In this document: piece by piece, positions 16,824 through 25,147 of the stretch | Layout: every line of letters starts with the position of its first letter | How positions within the stretch are numbered: position 1 is the first letter of the stretch | Source: Bacteroidales bacterium | Lineage (GTDB): Bacteria > Bacteroidota > Bacteroidia > Bacteroidales > VadinHA17 | Assembly: GCA_049792755.1 (NCBI GenBank) | Contig: JBARBF010000042.1 | Location: 14,999 to 78,998, forward strand | DNA: 64,000 nucleotides | Direction of reading: 5' to 3' | Notes under the pieces: model-generated | Databases searched by the model: none | The model's input: only the letters and a program-made list of their open reading frames with translations | Told to the model about the DNA's origin: nothing | Program-made: the position numbers and the translations under genes

Positions 16824-19800
16824 TTAGTTGAATATGTATCTGAGACCAATCTGACCTCTCCAGCGGGAGAGCAAATCAGACAATAAATATGGATTACCGT
16901 TTGTCTGACCTGAAGCATCATAGGTAAAATTAGGTGTTGAACCGGTCAATCCTTTGTAATTAATAAGGTTAAACTGCTGGTTGCTGGCATAGATTGAATG
17001 ACCCCACTTCTTGTTCAGCATATTGCCAACATTCAGGATAGCAAAAGTGACCTGCAACTTATTTACAGAGGTTCCGGCTTTGACCTTAAATTCCTGGAGA
17101 AACTGGAAATCGAATTGATTCTGCCAGGGTGACCGGGCTGCATTTCGTTGGGCATACTGTCCCCTGTGACTATTAAGATATTTGTCGTGTGAAATGAAGG
17201 CATCCAGAGCGGTCCATTGGTCAGCCGGACTTACTGCTGGCGCTGAAGCGGTCGCTGGAATTGTGATAAGGTTAATATCTGACTGTTTGGCAGGGATAAA
17301 AATCATATCATTTGTAGTTCCATCATTATTCATATCACCGTTGTAGATGTATGAAAGAGGCTGACCCGATTGTCCGTTATAGAAGAGTGACACCTGGGTT
17401 GATAACATACCTTTCAGATAATCTTTCTTATAAGATATAAGTCCGGTGATTCTTGATCCCAGGTCAAAATTTGATCTTGTGAGCTCAAGAAAATTCGGAC
17501 CATAAATATTATTTACATAACGCCAGTTCGAATAAGCTACGCTCGAAGTGCCGGAGTTGAGATCGGTCGACCTTCCAAATGTATATGAAACCTGTGCATT
17601 GAATCCGTTATCAAATTGTTTCTGCAACTGGAAAACAAAATTGTAGGAATACCCCAAACTGGTGTTTTCAAACTTTATGATTTCATCAAAATTTTGATCA
17701 AACCTTCCCGTTAAGTAACGTGGTCTCTGGTCAACACCCGTAAATTGAAAGTTTGGATCGACTGTCCTGTTAAGGTCAATGAAATTGACATTGTTGAAAG
17801 TTTTGCTATAGATTCCCTCTATTGTTGCAACAACACCCCATGGCAGTTTTTGATCAATGGCAAGATTAGTTCTGAATACCTGTGGAAATTTCAGGTTTTT
17901 ATCAACGACATTGATGGCACCTCTTCCGGCAACCTTTCCAAGATCAGTTGCAAGTGGCTGAGTATATGGATCCGGGTCAAATTTCAATCCGGCGGGATTG
18001 GTTATCGGAGTTGCACTTGAAGCTGAACTTCCCACACTATAGGTTCCGTTAAGTTCTCCATTGTTTGAATATTGATTTGATATCCAGACAAAAGGCACCC
18101 TCCCAGTGAACAGTCCTGATCCTCCTCTGACTTGCGTGGTTCTATTGTCAAACACGTCCCAGTTGAATCCAAAACGAGGTCCCCACATAATCCTGGACTT
18201 TGGTAAAACGCCTGTAGCTACTCCCTGAGTTGCATAGGCTGTATTGAATGCATCATTTACTCCGGGTTTATCGGGAAATACCGGAATATCTATACGAAGT
18301 CCGCCTGTAATCTGCATATTCTTCATTATCTGATACTCATCCTGGGCATAAAAACCAAATTGAGAAGCCTTAAATTTAGCAGCGCCTTTGCTTTGTGAAG
18401 GATTGTCTGTTGTATCAAAAGAATAGCCAATTGCATAATAGGTCGGAGCGACCTCGGCAGGAGTTCCTACAGTTTGAAAATTTGCCAGTGAATTATAAGC
18501 ATAGTCGCCAAAAATGTTCTGAACAAAAAGATTATAGAATGAATAAAATTCATTATGGGTCCCTATCGTTATTGAATGTTTTCCTCTGAAAATACTGAAT
18601 TCATCATCTAACGAGAAAATCTTCTGTTTAAGCAGGTTAGCAACAGATGAGTATTCACTTCCAAAAGTAATTGTTCTGCCACCACTCAGGTTTACCAGCA
18701 CGGTTGGAAAGTCAGCGCCTACCGGATTGCGATCATCCACAACAGAAGTGTATCCAAGCATGAAGCGATTTGACAAGCTATTGCCCAGAATACTGCTTAG
18801 CTCTAAACCGGTTGAATTTGTGGTACTTGGAAAGATGTATCCGTTGTTATAAAATTGCAAAGCATTGGCATTACGACTTATAGTGAAATTCTCACCATAA
18901 GTGTAACTATGCCTGAGAATTAATTTGTTTTTGTCATTTATATTCCAGTTAACCTTTGCCAGGATCTTATTGCTGTTAGTTATACTATTTATATTAAGAT
19001 AGCTTCCCGGATCGTAATTGGGAGCAACTCTGTTCAAAACTGCAAGAACATTGTTAACATCATCAAGAGTTATGTTTGAAGTTGCCGTTCCCGGTACATT
19101 GGAAAGAGGATAAGATTTCCGGGTTATTTCTCCACTGACAAAGAAAAACACTTTATTCTTTACAATTGGACCACCAAGTGAGAAACCACCCTGATAATCT
19201 GAATAATTTGCCACAGGAGATTTTGTTCCGGTTTTTGGTTCATATTTACCTACAAGATTTTCATTATTTCCATAATAATAAGCTGTTCCGGTAAATTTAT
19301 TTGTGCCGCTTTTAGTTATGGCATTAATACCACCACCTGTAAAACCTCCCTGACGAACATCATAAGGAGCAATGTTTATCTGGAACTCTTCAATCGCATC
19401 GAGGCTTATCGGCTCAATCCCTGCCTGCCCCCCGTTTGTACCGGAAGAAGTCAGACCAAAAACATCATTGTTAACCAATCCATCGATTGCAAACTGATTG
19501 TACCTGTTGTTTGCACCGGCAAAAGAGGTACCGGAACCGGAAGTATTTGCAAGAGGACTGATCTTGGTAAAATCTTTCAAACCCCGTGAAATAGTAGGAA
19601 CAGTATTAACTGTCTCATTGGATACGTTAATAGCTGCACCGGTTCTCCCTGAGTTTATAATGCTGTTTTTCCCGGCAGTAACAATAACTTCACTGAGACT
19701 TGTTACTGAAGGAGAAAGATTGATTACCATATCGGTTACGTTTCCAAGGCTTAAATTAATATCACTATAAACTTCCTGTTTATAACCAATAAAAGAGACA

Positions 19801-20054
19801 GTCACCTGGTAAGGTCCGCCAACCCTCATATTAGAGATAGTAAAACGACCATCTTTATTTGTAAGAACTCCATACTGAGTTCCTGATGGAACATGTACTG
19901 CAACAATGGTAGCTCCTGCCAGAGCTTCCTTTTTTTCGTCAACAACCAGTCCTTTCAGACCTGATGTTGTGACCTGTCCATAGGTATTTGTTATCAGGAC
20001 TCCAACCAGAATAATGGCAAGACCAAGGTTTAGTAAAACTTTTTTCATAATCAT
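16824..20054 (-). CDS. TonB-dependent receptor with N-terminal carboxypeptidase-regulatory-like domain (Oar-like)
   Basis: 1076 aa with a signal peptide, a CarboxypepD_reg-like start (GLKGLVVDEKKEALAGATIVAV), a plug/barrel, and a terminal aromatic residue (RYIFN). No SusD-like partner is present. Confidence 0.9.
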   Translation of the reverse strand: MIMKKVLLNLGLAIILVGVLITNTYGQVTTSGLKGLVVDEKKEALAGATIVAVHVPSGTQYGVLTNKDGRFTISNMRVGGPYQVTVSFIGYKQEVYSDINLSLGNVTDMVINLSPSVTSLSEVIVTAGKNSIINSGRTGAAINVSNETVNTVPTISRGLKDFTKISPLANTSGSGTSFAGANNRYNQFAIDGLVNNDVFGLTSSGTNGGQAGIEPISLDAIEEFQINIAPYDVRQGGFTGGGINAITKSGTNKFTGTAYYYGNNENLVGKYEPKTGTKSPVANYSDYQGGFSLGGPIVKNKVFFFVSGEITRKSYPLSNVPGTATSNITLDDVNNVLAVLNRVAPNYDPGSYLNINSITNSNKILAKVNWNINDKNKLILRHSYTYGENFTISRNANALQFYNNGYIFPSTTNSTGLELSSILGNSLSNRFMLGYTSVVDDRNPVGADFPTVLVNLSGGRTITFGSEYSSVANLLKQKIFSLDDEFSIFRGKHSITIGTHNEFYSFYNLFVQNIFGDYAYNSLANFQTVGTPAEVAPTYYAIGYSFDTTDNPSQSKGAAKFKASQFGFYAQDEYQIMKNMQITGGLRIDIPVFPDKPGVNDAFNTAYATQGVATGVLPKSRIMWGPRFGFNWDVFDNRTTQVRGGSGLFTGRVPFVWISNQYSNNGELNGTYSVGSSASSATPITNPAGLKFDPDPYTQPLATDLGKVAGRGAINVVDKNLKFPQVFRTNLAIDQKLPWGVVATIEGIYSKTFNNVNFIDLNRTVDPNFQFTGVDQRPRYLTGRFDQNFDEIIKFENTSLGYSYNFVFQLQKQFDNGFNAQVSYTFGRSTDLNSGTSSVAYSNWRYVNNIYGPNFLELTRSNFDLGSRITGLISYKKDYLKGMLSTQVSLFYNGQSGQPLSYIYNGDMNNDGTTNDMIFIPAKQSDINLITIPATASAPAVSPADQWTALDAFISHDKYLNSHRGQYAQRNAARSPWQNQFDFQFLQEFKVKAGTSVNKLQVTFAILNVGNMLNKKWGHSIYASNQQFNLINYKGLTGSTPNFTYDASGQTNGNPYLLSDLLSRWRGQIGLRYIFN

Positions 20055-20212
20055 GAAAGTTAGGATTAAGGTTTAATAAAATATCAACAAGGTTATCGTA
20101 AATAATTGACTTATAGGTTACATCAGAATTACAATAATGTTAATTCCGTAGCTTCAATTTACTGCTCTTTAAATGAACCTAATTAATTAAGAATCGATTA
20201 GTTTTTAACAAC

Positions 20213-21463
20213 TTATGAGTGCTGCCTGTTGATATCTTTTTTGAAGATTTCTTTGATTATAATTTCTGAAGCTCCTGCATTTTTTTTTACATATTCTGAT
20301 GCCATTTCAGCTGAAATTGTATACGTTTTATTATCAGAAAGCCATAAATCCAAATTTCTTTCAAAATCATCAAAACCGAGAAACAACTTTGCGCCTCCTA
20401 TATTAAGCAGATCAACTGCTTCTTTGAAATATTCATATCTGGGTCCGAAAAGTACAGGGATGCCCCAGCACGCTGGTTCAAGTATGTTATGGATGCCTTT
20501 CCCGAATCCGCCTCCGATAGCTGCTATAAATGCATAACGGTAAGCTGAAGAAAGCATACCAATATTATCAATTATAAGCACACGTATATCAGCTGAAACT
20601 TCAGAGTATTCGGAGAATCTTGCATGTTTTACCCTGATAAGTTTTTCCAGTCTTTCGATATTCCCTTTATCAATTTCGTGTGGGGCAAAGACCCATTTCA
20701 TTCTCGAAGGGAAACGGTTAATATACTCTGCAATTATCTCCTCATCCTGCCTCCAGCTACTACCGGCCAGGAATAATTTTTCATTTCCCCTGAAATGATC
20801 GAGCTGAGGAATATCTCTGGCAGTACCTGCTATCTGAACTACTCTGTCGAACCTCGTATCACCTGCAAGAGAGACTTTCTCTAATCCGATTCCTGTAAGA
20901 AGGTCAAAGGATCGCTGATCCTGCACAAATATTCTTTCAAATTTTCTCAGCATATTTCTGAAAAACGACCCATACCACTTGAAAAAATGTTGTCCGGGCC
21001 GAAATATTCCTGAGATAAGATATAACGGAATCTTCTTCCTGTAAAGCGCTGATATATAATTATTCCAGAATTCATATTTGACAAATATCACAATTTCGGG
21101 TTTGACCAGATTTAAAAACTTGGCAGCATTGCCCGGAGTATCTGCAGGCAGATAACTAATACAATCTGCATTATCATAATTCTTTCTTATTTCAAATCCT
21201 GAGGGAGAAAAAAATGTCAGCACAATTTTAAATACCGGCATTTCTCTTTTGATGGATTCTATTACAGGTCTTCCCTGCTCAAATTCACCAAGTGATGCAC
21301 AATGTATCCATATTACCCTGTCTCCGGGTTTTATTTTATCAGCTATTTTTTCAGCCCACTTTTTCCTGCCTTTAACCCATAAAGATGCCCGTGAATTAAA
21401 TGGAGCCACAAGTTGAGCAAGCGCTGAGAAAATGAGGATTCCTATGTTGTATAAAACTTCCAT
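20213..21463 (-). CDS. waaA: 3-deoxy-D-manno-octulosonic acid transferase
   Basis: 416 aa with the IWIHCASLGEFEQGRPVIE motif of the KdtA/WaaA N-terminal domain. Confidence 0.85.
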   Translation of the reverse strand: MEVLYNIGILIFSALAQLVAPFNSRASLWVKGRKKWAEKIADKIKPGDRVIWIHCASLGEFEQGRPVIESIKREMPVFKIVLTFFSPSGFEIRKNYDNADCISYLPADTPGNAAKFLNLVKPEIVIFVKYEFWNNYISALYRKKIPLYLISGIFRPGQHFFKWYGSFFRNMLRKFERIFVQDQRSFDLLTGIGLEKVSLAGDTRFDRVVQIAGTARDIPQLDHFRGNEKLFLAGSSWRQDEEIIAEYINRFPSRMKWVFAPHEIDKGNIERLEKLIRVKHARFSEYSEVSADIRVLIIDNIGMLSSAYRYAFIAAIGGGFGKGIHNILEPACWGIPVLFGPRYEYFKEAVDLLNIGGAKLFLGFDDFERNLDLWLSDNKTYTISAEMASEYVKKNAGASEIIIKEIFKKDINRQHS

Positions 21464-21584
21464 AAATACTGGTTTCGAGTTGCCAAAGGTAATAAAAAAG
21501 GCGTAATGGCGTAATGGGCAAAGGGGGGATAAAATGACTAAGTCATTTCAGTTATGCCATTAATTAAAATAGTCCTATTTTTGA

Positions 21585-22550
21585 ATGAAATTATCTTTCC
21601 ATATGGTAAGACTTATTGCCCTGATCATCTCTATAATTTTGCAGATAATTGCTGCTTCTATAGCGTTGGGATTCATGAAGCTAACCAAATACAGACTTTC
21701 GTGGATATTGTTATCACTCTCCTTTGTCTTCATGGCTGTACGTAAGATCATTCAGCTTTTTGAGTACTTCCGGGGTACTCCGTCATTTACCTGGCAGCTT
21801 ATAGATGAATGGATTGGAGTTCTTATTTCAGTGATGATAATTGGAGGTGTCATCCTCATCCGGGAAATATTTTACTCGCTGAAACGAGCTGAAACTGACA
21901 GATCACGATCCGAAAAGAGAGTTATAAATGCAATAATAAACACTGAAGAAAATGAAAGAAAGAGATTTGCAAAAGATCTTCACGACGGTCTCGGACCTAT
22001 ACTGTCAACAGTAAAAATGTCTCTTTCCGCATTAAATGAAAGAATAAAAGATCCATCAGGATCGGTGATCCTTAATAATACAAACCACCTTGTGAATGAA
22101 GCTATCAATACCATTAAAGACATCTCCAATAACCTGAGCCCGCACGTCCTTTCAAATTTTGGCCTTGCGAGCGCAATCAGCGCATTTACCACAAAAATCA
22201 ATCAAACCAAAGCTGTTGAAATTGATTTTAAGTCGAATATGGAAGGCCAGAGGCTGGAAAATGAAAAAGAAGTTGTGATTTATCGTGCTGTCTGTGAGCT
22301 CATTAATAACTCTATTCTGCATTCCGGAGCTTCCCGGATTGAGATAGAATTAAACAAACACGAAAAATTTGTTACTTTGCAGTTCTATGACAACGGACGA
22401 GGTTTTGATACATCCTCATTAAGCAAGGAAGATACGAAAGGCATGGGACTATCAAACATTGAGACCCGCGTAAAAACAGTTGAAGGGGTATTTATTCTTG
22501 AAAGTACTCCAGGTAAAGGAACAAGTGCTCTTATCAAACTGATTGAATGA
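21585..22550 (+). CDS. membrane sensor histidine kinase (HisKA_3 type)
   Basis: 321 aa with 3-4 N-terminal TM segments, an H-box DLHDGLGPILS, and an HATPase (YDNGRGF, GMGLSNI). Confidence 0.85.
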   Translation: MKLSFHMVRLIALIISIILQIIAASIALGFMKLTKYRLSWILLSLSFVFMAVRKIIQLFEYFRGTPSFTWQLIDEWIGVLISVMIIGGVILIREIFYSLKRAETDRSRSEKRVINAIINTEENERKRFAKDLHDGLGPILSTVKMSLSALNERIKDPSGSVILNNTNHLVNEAINTIKDISNNLSPHVLSNFGLASAISAFTTKINQTKAVEIDFKSNMEGQRLENEKEVVIYRAVCELINNSILHSGASRIEIELNKHEKFVTLQFYDNGRGFDTSSLSKEDTKGMGLSNIETRVKTVEGVFILESTPGKGTSALIKLIE

Positions 22551-23218
22551 ATCTTTTTAACCCGGAACCGGCTAAAATGGAAAAAATAAGGATAGTAATT
22601 GCAGATGACCACCAGCTTTTTCGCAACGGTTTAAAAATACTTCTGAACGCTTTCCCTGAATTCGAAGTGACAGCCGAAGCTTCCAACGGCGAAGAATTTC
22701 TGAAAATTCTGAGAAACACAAAGGCAGATGTTGCCCTGATGGATATTAATATGCCAGAAATGGACGGCATAGAAGCTACAAGAAAGGGGCTTAAAATTTG
22801 TCCGGAAATTGACATTATTGCTCTTTCAATGTATGGTGAGGAAGAGTATTATTATAAAATGGTTGACGCAGGTGCCAAGGGATTCCTGCTTAAAGATTCT
22901 GACATCTCAGAAGTTAAAGAAGCGATACTCACAGTACGAAAAGGAGGAAGCTATTTTTCACAGGAACTGCTTTATCATGTCATTCAGAAGATAAAATACA
23001 GGGAACAGGAAAGCAAATCAGCCGCTCTGTCAAAAAGAGAAAAAGAAATACTGTTCAAAATCTGTGAAGGCCTCTCTAACCAGGAGATCGCTGAGACTCT
23101 TTTTATTAGTAAAAGAACAGTAGATAAACACAGGGCAAACCTTCTGGGAAAAACAAACTCCAAGAATACAGCGAGCCTTATCCTTTTTGCAATAAGAAAT
23201 AAATTAATAGAGATTTGA
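22547..23218 (+). CDS. NarL/LuxR family response regulator
   Basis: REC domain (IVIADDH, DINMPEMDG) plus a LuxR HTH (SNQEIAETLFISKRTVDKH). The ATGA overlaps the kinase stop. An alternative start at 22577 (MEKIRIV) is plausible. Confidence 0.9.
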   Translation: MNLFNPEPAKMEKIRIVIADDHQLFRNGLKILLNAFPEFEVTAEASNGEEFLKILRNTKADVALMDINMPEMDGIEATRKGLKICPEIDIIALSMYGEEEYYYKMVDAGAKGFLLKDSDISEVKEAILTVRKGGSYFSQELLYHVIQKIKYREQESKSAALSKREKEILFKICEGLSNQEIAETLFISKRTVDKHRANLLGKTNSKNTASLILFAIRNKLIEI

Positions 23219-23274
23219 TTAAATTCTATATTTAATTATATGAGTACAAGGTTCTTAGAGTTACTTTGTTTTAA

Positions 23275-23346
23275 CCTTTGAGTTCCTTTGTGGTAAAAAA
23301 AACTTAACCACAAAGGGCCACAAAGGAATTCACCTATGCACACAAA
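23275..23346 (+). repeat. dispersed intergenic repeat, family 2
   Basis: Sequence is cctttgagttCCTTTGTGGTaaaaaaaacttaACCACAAAGGgCCACAAAGgaattcac. The hairpin is at 23285-23316. Heptamers start at 23309, 23319 and 23341. Confidence 0.75.
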
Positions 23347-23379
23347 ATATTAATTCAGAAATAAATTATAATATACCCT

Positions 23380-23745
23380 ATGGCTGAATCACATAACCTG
23401 GGTCAGAAAGGAGAAGACCTGGCTGCGGATCACCTGGAGAAATCGGGTTTCAAGATACTCCTCCGAAACTGGAAATGGGGTAAAAATGAAATCGATCTGA
23501 TTGCTGAGAACCAGGATTTTATCATATTCGTTGAAGTAAAAACTCGAAATGATGATTATCAGATGCATCCTGTCACTGCCGTAACCAAAGAAAAACAAAA
23601 GTCTATAATCAGGGCAGCCAATGGTTACCTGCAAAAATTCAATATAGATAAAGAGGGCCGGTTTGATATAATAACTGTAATTAAATCGTCCGATACCTTT
23701 AATATAGATCATATAGAGGGAGCATTTTACCCGACACTGAGATAA
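23380..23745 (+). CDS. YraN family (UPF0102) endonuclease-like protein
   Basis: 121 aa. GEDLAADHLEKSGFKIL..NEIDLIA...FVEVKTR matches the YraN/PD-(D/E)xK pattern. Confidence 0.8.
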   Translation: MAESHNLGQKGEDLAADHLEKSGFKILLRNWKWGKNEIDLIAENQDFIIFVEVKTRNDDYQMHPVTAVTKEKQKSIIRAANGYLQKFNIDKEGRFDIITVIKSSDTFNIDHIEGAFYPTLR

Positions 23746-23765
23746 GAAATCTGAAGTGAACCAGA

Positions 23766-23883
23766 GTTGAAATCTCTCTGCCGCAATGCGGCATCTCCTC
23801 TAAAAGGGAGCTAAAATGTGGAAATAAGAAGAATTTCAATAGTTTTCAGAGAATTAATCCCGCATAAGCGGGAGAAGGGGGGC
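23766..23883. repeat. cluster of short GC hairpins (GCCGC-AAT-GCGGC, CCCGC-ATAA-GCGGG, G-run)
   Basis: Hairpins lie at 23780-23792 and 23859-23872. The same CCCGC-N4-GCGGG module occurs at 1008-1021 and 32253-32266. Confidence 0.6.
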
Positions 23884-23921
23884 AAAACTCGAGGCACTTT
23901 ATAAATAAAAATACTCTGATT

Positions 23922-24242
23922 ATGGATATAGTAACATTAAGAGACTATTGCATCTCAAAAAAAGGAGCAACCGAAAGCTTCCCATTCGGAGAAGATACTC
24001 TGGTATTTAAAGCCGGTGAAAAAATATTTGCACTGGTTAATCTCGATGGCGACCTAAGCATAAACCTGAAATGTGATCCAACTCTTGCAGTTGAACTAAG
24101 GGAAAGGTACTCCTCAGTGACTAGCGGTTATCACATGAATAAAAAACACTGGAATACTGTTTTACTTGACGGATCTGTACCTGATAAAGAGGTATTTTCA
24201 TGGATCGATCATTCTTACGATCTGATTGCAGGTAAGCATTAG
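23922..24242 (+). CDS. MmcQ/YjbR family DNA-binding protein (3' end rebuilt by an insertion)
   Basis: 106 aa with ...YHMNKKHWNTVLLDG... typical of the YjbR fold family. Its last 83+ nt are duplicated at 27643-27725. Confidence 0.75.
   Translation: MDIVTLRDYCISKKGATESFPFGEDTLVFKAGEKIFALVNLDGDLSINLKCDPTLAVELRERYSSVTSGYHMNKKHWNTVLLDGSVPDKEVFSWIDHSYDLIAGKH
24132..24214 (+). repeat. left copy of a perfect 83-bp direct repeat (att-like), inside the yjbR-family CDS
   Basis: Manual alignment shows it is identical to 27643-27725 (cacatgaataaaaaacactgg...tggatcgatcattc). Confidence 0.9.
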
Positions 24243-24286
24243 ATTACAACAATTGGCCGGAATAATTCTGTTTTTTCCTGAGCTTT

Positions 24287-24553
24287 AATATTACGGTGCT
24301 CTGCACCTTTGGTTCTGCTTTTCAAATGAATTTCTACAAATATTTCGCAGCTCTGCTGCTTTTCAAAATACTCATTCGGTTGAAACATTCTGACTATTTG
24401 AATGTAAATTAGTACGGTGGAGATATGAAGGTGCAGAGCACCATAATATTTGTAGATAATTGTCTGTTGAAGATTTAAAGGTGCAGAGCACAGAAATATT
24501 TGTAGCAGACAAATTATTGTCGGAAAAGAGAAGGTGTAGAGCACCGAAATATT
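24287..24553. repeat. array of five ~25-29-nt hairpin-plus-tail repeats (2 inverted, 3 direct; 50-53 bp phasing)
   Basis: Unit consensus is AAGGTGCAGAGCACCnnAATATTTGTAG. Copies lie at 24287-24309(-), 24334-24362(-), 24427-24455(+), 24477-24505(+) and 24530-24553(+). Confidence 0.85.
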
Positions 24554-24730
24554 ATATTAAGTGCTTGATTAATATATATTACCTGAATCAATCCCCAATC
24601 ATTCAGCAGAATTTAATGTGATTAATAACGTATTAGGCATTATAAGACTGGTTGTTTGGTTTATTTATAACAGGAGTCAATATTAATTACAAAATATTTC
24701 TAAAACTATTATGATATTTAAAAAATACCA

Positions 24731-24744
24731 TCTACATTTGTAGA
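24731..24744. promoter_or_regulatory. candidate BlaI/CopY-type operator (TCTACA-TT-TGTAGA) overlapping a TAnnTTTG -7 promoter box
   Basis: A perfect 6-2-6 palindrome lies 26 nt upstream of the blaI-like ATG. Its core, TACAttTGTA, fits the TACAnnTGTA box of this repressor family. TACATTTG (24733-24740) fits the Bacteroidota -7 consensus. Confidence 0.5.
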
Positions 24745-24769
24745 GTTTATAAATCAAACGTAGAGTAGC

Positions 24770-25147
24770 ATGCATCTCACAAACGCTGAAGAACAAATTA
24801 TGAAACTGCTTTGGAGACTAGACAAAGCGTTTATTCGTGATCTTCTAAATGAATTTCCGGATCCAAAACCAGCCCCGACAACTGTACTCACATTATTAAA
24901 GCGAATGATTGATAAAGGATTTGTCAGTTATAAGCTGTACGGGAATTCTAGAGAATACTACCCTATGATCAAAAAGACTGATTACTTTTCAGATCATATT
25001 AATGTATTGATCAAAGACTTCTTTAACAATTCAACTGCTCAGTTCGCCTCATTTTTTACAAATGAGACAGATATGAGTCCTGAAGAATTAAAAGAACTAC
25101 GAGATTTAGTAGATGAAAAAATTGAATCAAAAAAGGTGAAAAAATGA
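24770..25147 (+). CDS. BlaI/MecI/CopY family transcriptional repressor
   Basis: 125 aa with a winged-helix N-terminus (LTNAEEQIMKLLW...TVLTLLKRMIDKGFV) typical of the Penicillinase_R family. The ATGA overlaps the downstream M56 gene. Confidence 0.85.
   Translation: MHLTNAEEQIMKLLWRLDKAFIRDLLNEFPDPKPAPTTVLTLLKRMIDKGFVSYKLYGNSREYYPMIKKTDYFSDHINVLIKDFFNNSTAQFASFFTNETDMSPEELKELRDLVDEKIESKKVKK

Noticed and set aside
20055-20212. Cobalamin or other riboswitch upstream of the TonB-dependent receptor
   Set aside because: The spacer is only 158 bp, uniformly AT-rich, and has no conserved stem pattern. It is too short and unstructured for a B12 riboswitch.
21501-21516. Perfect tandem GCGTAATG GCGTAATG in the divergent waaA/kinase promoter region
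   Set aside because: It is real in the sequence, but it is only two 8-mers with no further copies seen in the window. That is too little to call a regulatory site.
21554-21745. 63-aa plus-strand ORF overlapping the start of the histidine kinase gene
   Set aside because: It is an alternative frame of the kinase's hydrophobic N-terminus, and the 321-aa kinase frame explains the region.
24239-24544. 101-aa minus-strand ORF covering the region just after yjbR
   Set aside because: It is a read-through of the five-copy repeat array, so its peptide contains the repeated bits KYYGALHL, IFLCSAPL and GAEHRNI. It has no RBS context and no recognisable fold. I treat it as a spurious translation of repeats.
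24427-24553. Possible mini-CRISPR array (three direct ~29-nt repeats at 50-53 bp spacing)
   Set aside because: The spacers would be only ~20 nt. Two further copies are in inverted orientation, the repeats are not identical, and there are no cas genes or leader. This does not fit a CRISPR array.
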